A DNA stretch of 64,000 bases from Chrysomallon squamiferum (taxonomy: Eukaryota; Animalia; Mollusca), in contig CM022673.1 in assembly GCA_012295275.1 (NCBI GenBank), forward strand, positions 11,966,001 through 12,030,000, read 5' to 3'. This document shows, piece by piece, positions 50,354 through 64,000 of the stretch (the stretch's first letter is position 1; each line of letters begins with the position of its first letter). The translations under genes were made by a program, and so were the position numbers. Below the pieces are notes generated by a model. It did no database searches and was not told where the DNA came from. It saw only the letters and a program-made list of their open reading frames with translations.

Positions 50354-50976
50354 GTACATATTTCTTGTTAGGTTGTTTTTATTTTTTTTATTTAATTTGA
50401 TTTTATTTTTTGGTCTTTTATATATATTATTCTTTATTGTTTTTCCTTTTATTTTTATTTTTCTTTCTTTCTTTCTTTCTTTCTTTTTTGTTTTGTTTGT
50501 GTTTTATTGTTGTTGTTTTTTAATGTTTTTTTTTTCTTCTTCTGTATTTTGTTATTGTTGTTGTTGTATTTGTTGCTGCTGTTTGTATATGTGTTGAGGT
50601 TGTTGTTTTTGGGGGTTTTTTTTATCATATTTATTTTCTATACATTAGCATTATCGCCAGTCATCAGAGATCTGACGAGTACCAGACAACCTTCAAGTAT
50701 GTCCTAAATTCACCGCGTTGCATCAGAAAAAAAAAAAAAAAAAAAAGTTTAAAATTCTGACAATGTAATGACGTCAGAGTTCTTTATCGCCATGTTTCCG
50801 GGTGACTGACTTTGTGGTCAAAGGCAAAATGTTAGAACTGAAGAGATACAGGGTCAACGACACGCAACAAAAGGGTGGTACTTTAATGCGCGTTAAAAAG
50901 ATTAGTTTATCAGCAGATGTTGTAGCTGATTTGTATTTGTTTCAACCTACACTACCCCCACCGTGACGTCAGCTGC

Positions 50977-51007
<31 letters not shown>

Positions 51008-51896
51008 TCTGGGGATCTGTGCAGCCAGTAGGTAAATAGAACAAATCTTGTAAGCTGACAACGATCTTGACCTTCACAGCTAGCTTTTTGTTCTCTTTTG
51101 TGTTTTTGCAAAATCATCAAATTACAAATAAATAAACAAATAAAAAATTAATCCCATTTAATGTGCTTGTGTGGTTACAGTCTTTTTCACGCGGTGCTTG
51201 TAAAGGTCTCGATGAAAAGGAAAGATAAACGCTTTGTGCTGAATCTACAGACAGATGATATTTAATATGAATGTGTATACAACAACTAGACCAACACAAG
51301 TGCATTGCTACTGCCATCCATTTTAATATTATTACTGCTTGCAACTTCTGTTGTCACTACTATTGCTGTTATGACAATAATTACTGTTACTATAATTTTT
51401 ACTATATCTAATTCTTTTCCTGTTACTGCTGTTGCTACTAGTTCTGCTGTTACTGCTATTGCTATGACCACTTAACTAATTTTATTGTAACTGTTACTAC
51501 CACTGTTATTACTAAACTACTACAATTTCTATAACTGCTACTAAAGCTATTTCTACTACTACTTTTACTACTACTACACCTCCACTACCACTGATATTAC
51601 CTCTGTATCTGTTATTACTATAAATATTACATCTACTAGAAATTTTATTACTACAACTAAAGCTACTAACACGAGTATTATTACTACTAGTACTGTTGTT
51701 AATATTATAACAATTACTACTACTATTATAATAAGTTTAATAAATCAATATATAAATATATTAATAAACAAATAAAGAAACAAACAAAATATAATAAATA
51801 AATCAATAAATAAATAAAGAAACAAACAAAATATAATAAATAAATAAATAAATAAATAAATAAAATATAATAAATAAATTAATAAATAAAATATAA

Positions 51897-51942
<46 letters not shown>

Positions 51943-52025
51943 ATAAATAAAATATAATAAATAAATTAATAAATAAACTATAATAAATTAATTAATTAAT
52001 TAATAAAATATAATAAACAAATCAA

Positions 52026-52061
<36 letters not shown>

Positions 52062-52598
52062 AAAATAAATAAATAAATACATTCTTGATGTGTCACCTTC
52101 CTCTAGATCCGATTACGTTTTGTGCACACCACCCGAAATTAGATCCTCGTCACCTTGTGCAAGTACCCGGTGGAAGAAAACCAGTCTATCTGCACTGCAC
52201 TGATTATTTGCCAATAAGCAAACATGAGTATAAAACATCACCTCTTTCCCTTGCAAACGTGACCGCAGTTTCTCTACAGATAATGTCACAGAACTTGTCC
52301 TTGCCAAAATGTACACTCAGAATAGCTCACAGAATATCAGCAGTTAGTGTCCTCTTTGTAAACTCCATACCAGGTGACGTGGGGGAAAAAAAAAATAATT
52401 AAAAAATGTTTGATTTAGAAAAGTGACAATGTATAAGGATAGATGTTTTGTTATGTTTCAATAAATACTTAATTAATTTTTTGTTTATTATTATTTCATC
52501 TTTGTTTATCAGTGATAAATATTTCTGTTTATTCAGTAGAGAAAGAGAGAGAGAGAAAGAGAAAGAGTGAGATAAATTTAATGAGAGACAGAGGGAGG

Positions 52599-52669
<71 letters not shown>

Positions 52670-52866
52670 TTCGCATATGTATATCTGTGTAAGTGTGTAA
52701 GATAATAAAAGAAATATAAAAAATAAAAATAACAAAACAACTAAACTATAAATGTTATTAATGAACTGAAAATAAATAATGTAAGAAGTAATTAGAAAAA
52801 TATATAAATAATTTAAAAAAATAATAATAACATTGAAATATACGGAAGAAATTAGTCCTTATTCCG

Positions 52867-52984
<118 letters not shown>

Positions 52985-53371
52985 ATGAGAGAGATGTGTC
53001 AATGTGTTTGTGTGTGTAATGCGTATGTGTCGAACTACACGTGAAAGACAATCCTTTACAACTAGTATTCAAGTTAATACGTTTAAGATTTTTACTTTAC
53101 TGACCTATCAAGAAGAAAAACAAAAATACAGTCTGACATATATTTATTCGACACTGAAAGGTGAGAAAGACAGGTATTGTCATTAAACAAACGTGTATTA
53201 TCTACACAGACCGATCTTTTATTACATTATATGCAACAAACAAAACAAAAAATAATAATAATAAAGCCCATAAGATTTTCCTTTCAGGAATTATGAAAGA
53301 GTAAGCTGTTTATAAATATAATTATAACTGTGTATGCATGTACTTATTAATATATGTGTATGATGTGTTTT

Positions 53372-53413
<42 letters not shown>

Positions 53414-53514
53414 TGTGTTTATGTAAATTTTAAAAGTAATAACCTTCAGGAATTAAAAATCTTCAGGGATTAACACTAAGTAAATATCATTTGTATAGAA
53501 AGATGTTTGTCTAT

Positions 53515-53551
<37 letters not shown>

Positions 53552-53620
53552 CGTGCGCCCGCTTTAAGTCATGAAATTAACGTATCTCTAAATTAATGCG
53601 AGTGACAGTGGGTAAACTAA

Positions 53621-53662
<42 letters not shown>

Positions 53663-53975
53663 TCCAATAAACTGAGTGACCTCCCTTTGAAATATTACAT
53701 TCCTAAAAACAAATTCGCCATAGTTTTCGTTTGAATTAGTGTTATTTTGAATTTTCATTAAGATAAACTAACTCGCAAGCACCATTCAGATGAAAAAGTG
53801 TGTGTGTGTGTGTGCGTGCGTGTGTGTGTGTGTGTCTGTATTACCGAGTCTCTGTGTATGTATATATGTGAGTGTATGTCATCGCGCACAAAGCTTTTGT
53901 GATGCATCATCAAACATAAAGAAGAAAATATTCTTAAATAATAATAATAATAACAATAATAATAATAATAATAAC

Positions 53976-54015
<40 letters not shown>

Positions 54016-54093
54016 GCTATAATAATAATAATAATATAGTTAGGGTCTTGCTAATACCATGAAAAGTGTGCTTCAATTCTGTGTGAAATATTA

Positions 54094-61245
<7,152 letters not shown>

Positions 61246-61293
61246 TGTTGTTACGTTCACACAAAACTGAAAACCTGGTAAAAAAAACAGAAA

Positions 61294-61332
<39 letters not shown>

Positions 61333-61435
61333 ACAAACAAACAAAATAATAAAATAACAACAACAACAAAAATAATAATCCGAAATCAACTGAATTTTTT
61401 TTTTTTTTTCTCTGAATGTCTGATATTTGTTTTGC

Positions 61436-61544
<109 letters not shown>

Positions 61545-61965
61545 CACTGTTAATGATTTATCTATTTATCTGTCTGCCTTGCATTATCCATAAAACTGAT
61601 ACTCAGAAACTACAGAATTCATCAAACAAAACTAAACACACACAGATTTATTTGCCATACTTTCAGTGCGGTCAGTGTGTGGTGACTGAACTTGCAAGAA
61701 TGTGCGTATTCAGTGAGGTGTAAATAATGTAAATAAATTAGTTTAAGTTTATTTTACTTACCGGAGCTGTTCGTTTTCTTGTCTTTCCTCTTTTAAGATT
61801 GTTCTCTTTTTAAAATATAATTCATGTATCGCCAGCCTCCTGATTGTTGTAATTGCCTTGATGCTGTTTTAGTTAACATTGGCAGTTACGTTAAAGATTA
61901 TAAACATCAGATGACAGGTAAGTTAGTGCATCTGTTATTGAACATTAATCGGTTTCCTGTGCGTG

Positions 61966-62042
<77 letters not shown>

Positions 62043-63796
62043 GTTTTTGTTTCGTTAATTTATGCATACAGATCTTTTTTGGAGCATTTAACAGTTCGCA
62101 GTGAATTAAAGCTGTATATACATATTTCTATATATAAACAATATACAAATAAAATCTAAACAAAATAAAAATAACTAATTTTTGAAAGCAGTTAACTTAT
62201 AAATACACAGGCCTATATAAATATAAAAATTAATAAAGTAATTGGTATGTAAATAAATCGTTATATTGTTATTAAAGAAACAAATAAAATAAACACAAAC
62301 AAAGTGCGAAGTAATAGTTTTAAATTATATGTAAAGCAATAAACAAAGTGATTAATTAACAGATTGTTAATACATTAATAGTAAATGTTTAAAAGTAAAT
62401 AAAAAAATAAGTAATAAATAAATAAATAAATAAGAAGACTCAAATATAATAATAATAATAATAATAATAATATAATAATAATAGTAATAATAATAATAAC
62501 AACAACAACAACAATAATTATAATAATAGCACCAGCAATAATAACATGATCAAGAACAAAAACAAAAACAACAATAACGACAACAAGAATAATAGTAATA
62601 ATAACAACAACCACAAGAACGATAACAACTATAACAACAACAAGAAAAATAACAACAACAATAATAACAACAACAACAAGAAAAATAACAATAATAATAA
62701 CAACAACAACAACAACGAGAGTAATAATAATACTTTTTGTCATAATTAAGACCTGAACACAGCAAATCATGTTAAGTGGGTGTCTGGACAATGTACTAAG
62801 AACGAGATCAAACGGTTAGATCCGCGTTATTTAATTGTACTAATGACAAAATATGCAAATGACATAATTTATGCAAAAGAGCAAGGCATGCAGTGCTTGT
62901 TTCAATATACTTTTTTTTTTATGTGCTTTGTTCAAAGACTATAATACAGTAATAACTGTTTTATTACTTCGTTGTTTTTTTAATGACAGTATTAAACACT
63001 TCCACTAATACACCATTGCAATGGATGCTGTGTATAGCTGTGGTAGTGTAAGTAGAAGTTGTAGTTGTAGTAGTAGTAGTAGTAGTAGCAGCAGCAGCAG
63101 TAAAACAAAAAACAAAAATTTCCATTCGAACATACATACATAATTATACACACATTTAAACAGCCATATACAAAACACAAACATATACACACATGCACAT
63201 ATACACACACACAAACACACACACATATATTTACATATACATAAAAACAAACACACACACACACACACACCCACACACATATACATAGGCTCGTATACTG
63301 ATAAACACAGATATAAATAATTTTATTTGTTTACTCTAAGAGTTAGCATTTTTCTTTTCTGCCTGTTTTTGAATAAATTATGATAATGTGTAATATCACA
63401 TGTACAGTGTTTTAAATTTTCTGTACCATTCTTCTGCTGATATTTGAATAAAATGCGCAATAACCTTTTTTTTTTTGTTGTTTATATGAAACATTCACAA
63501 AGAAAATAAAAATAGTATGTCTTGCCAAAACATAAAAATTTTCACCGATGTATCTCTGTTTGTATAATTTCCGATTTCCATAACCTTTCTGAACTGTTCA
63601 GGTGGACAGTTTTCTTTTCTGCGATAATATTTAGTAATAAGAAGCGATACAATGAAGTCATTTGTTGTCGTTTCTGGTTTCGTTTTCTGTAAGTACAGAC
63701 CTTTTTATTTCAAATCTGTTTGTATTATTTTATATGAGCCTACGCATTAGTACTTGTATGGTTGAAAAAATAATTTAAAAAAAAAAAAAAATAATT

Positions 63797-63827
<31 letters not shown>

Positions 63828-63878
63828 TACACTTTGTATACTAAAGGATTTATTTTGTTTTTATATCTTTGTCAAGGA

Positions 63879-63970
<92 letters not shown>

Positions 63971-64000
63971 AAGATAGACAGACAAAGACATAAACAGAGT

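Noticed and set aside
52085-52402. 105-aa plus-strand ORF between G1 and G2
   Set aside because: TTG start, no motifs, no splice support.

Overview
AT-rich, microsatellite-dense animal genomic DNA with GT-AG introns (mollusc-like by composition, which is only an inference). Nearly all of the supplied ORFs are microsatellite or repeat artefacts. Reading splice sites by hand on the minus strand gives a head-to-tail cluster of predicted GPI-anchored surface-protein genes in two subfamilies. (1) Two paralogues with 10 coding exons, G1 (61245-54094, 293 aa) and G2 (47489-38639, 298 aa): signal peptide, four 6-Cys modules each encoded by a phase-1/2/1 exon pair, and a hydrophobic GPI-type tail. (2) A tandem array of 5-exon Thr/Ala/Ser-rich mucin-like genes sharing signal-peptide exons, a 21-nt micro-exon and a GPI exon, but with a central exon of 2667, 54 or 762 nt: M1 (942 aa), M2 (72 aa, CD52/CD24-like in architecture only) and M4 (308 aa). 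The array also holds two near-identical pseudogenes (M3, M5) with an inverted proximal upstream region, and an orphan GPI exon. G2 and the mucin genes share a hairpin-embedded poly(A) motif and 3' flank. Non-autonomous DNA transposons are present (hAT Charlie/Buster with 8-bp TSD, pogo/Tigger, two Tc1/mariner copies), along with minisatellites. Gene models come from splice-site and frame consistency only, with no transcript evidence.
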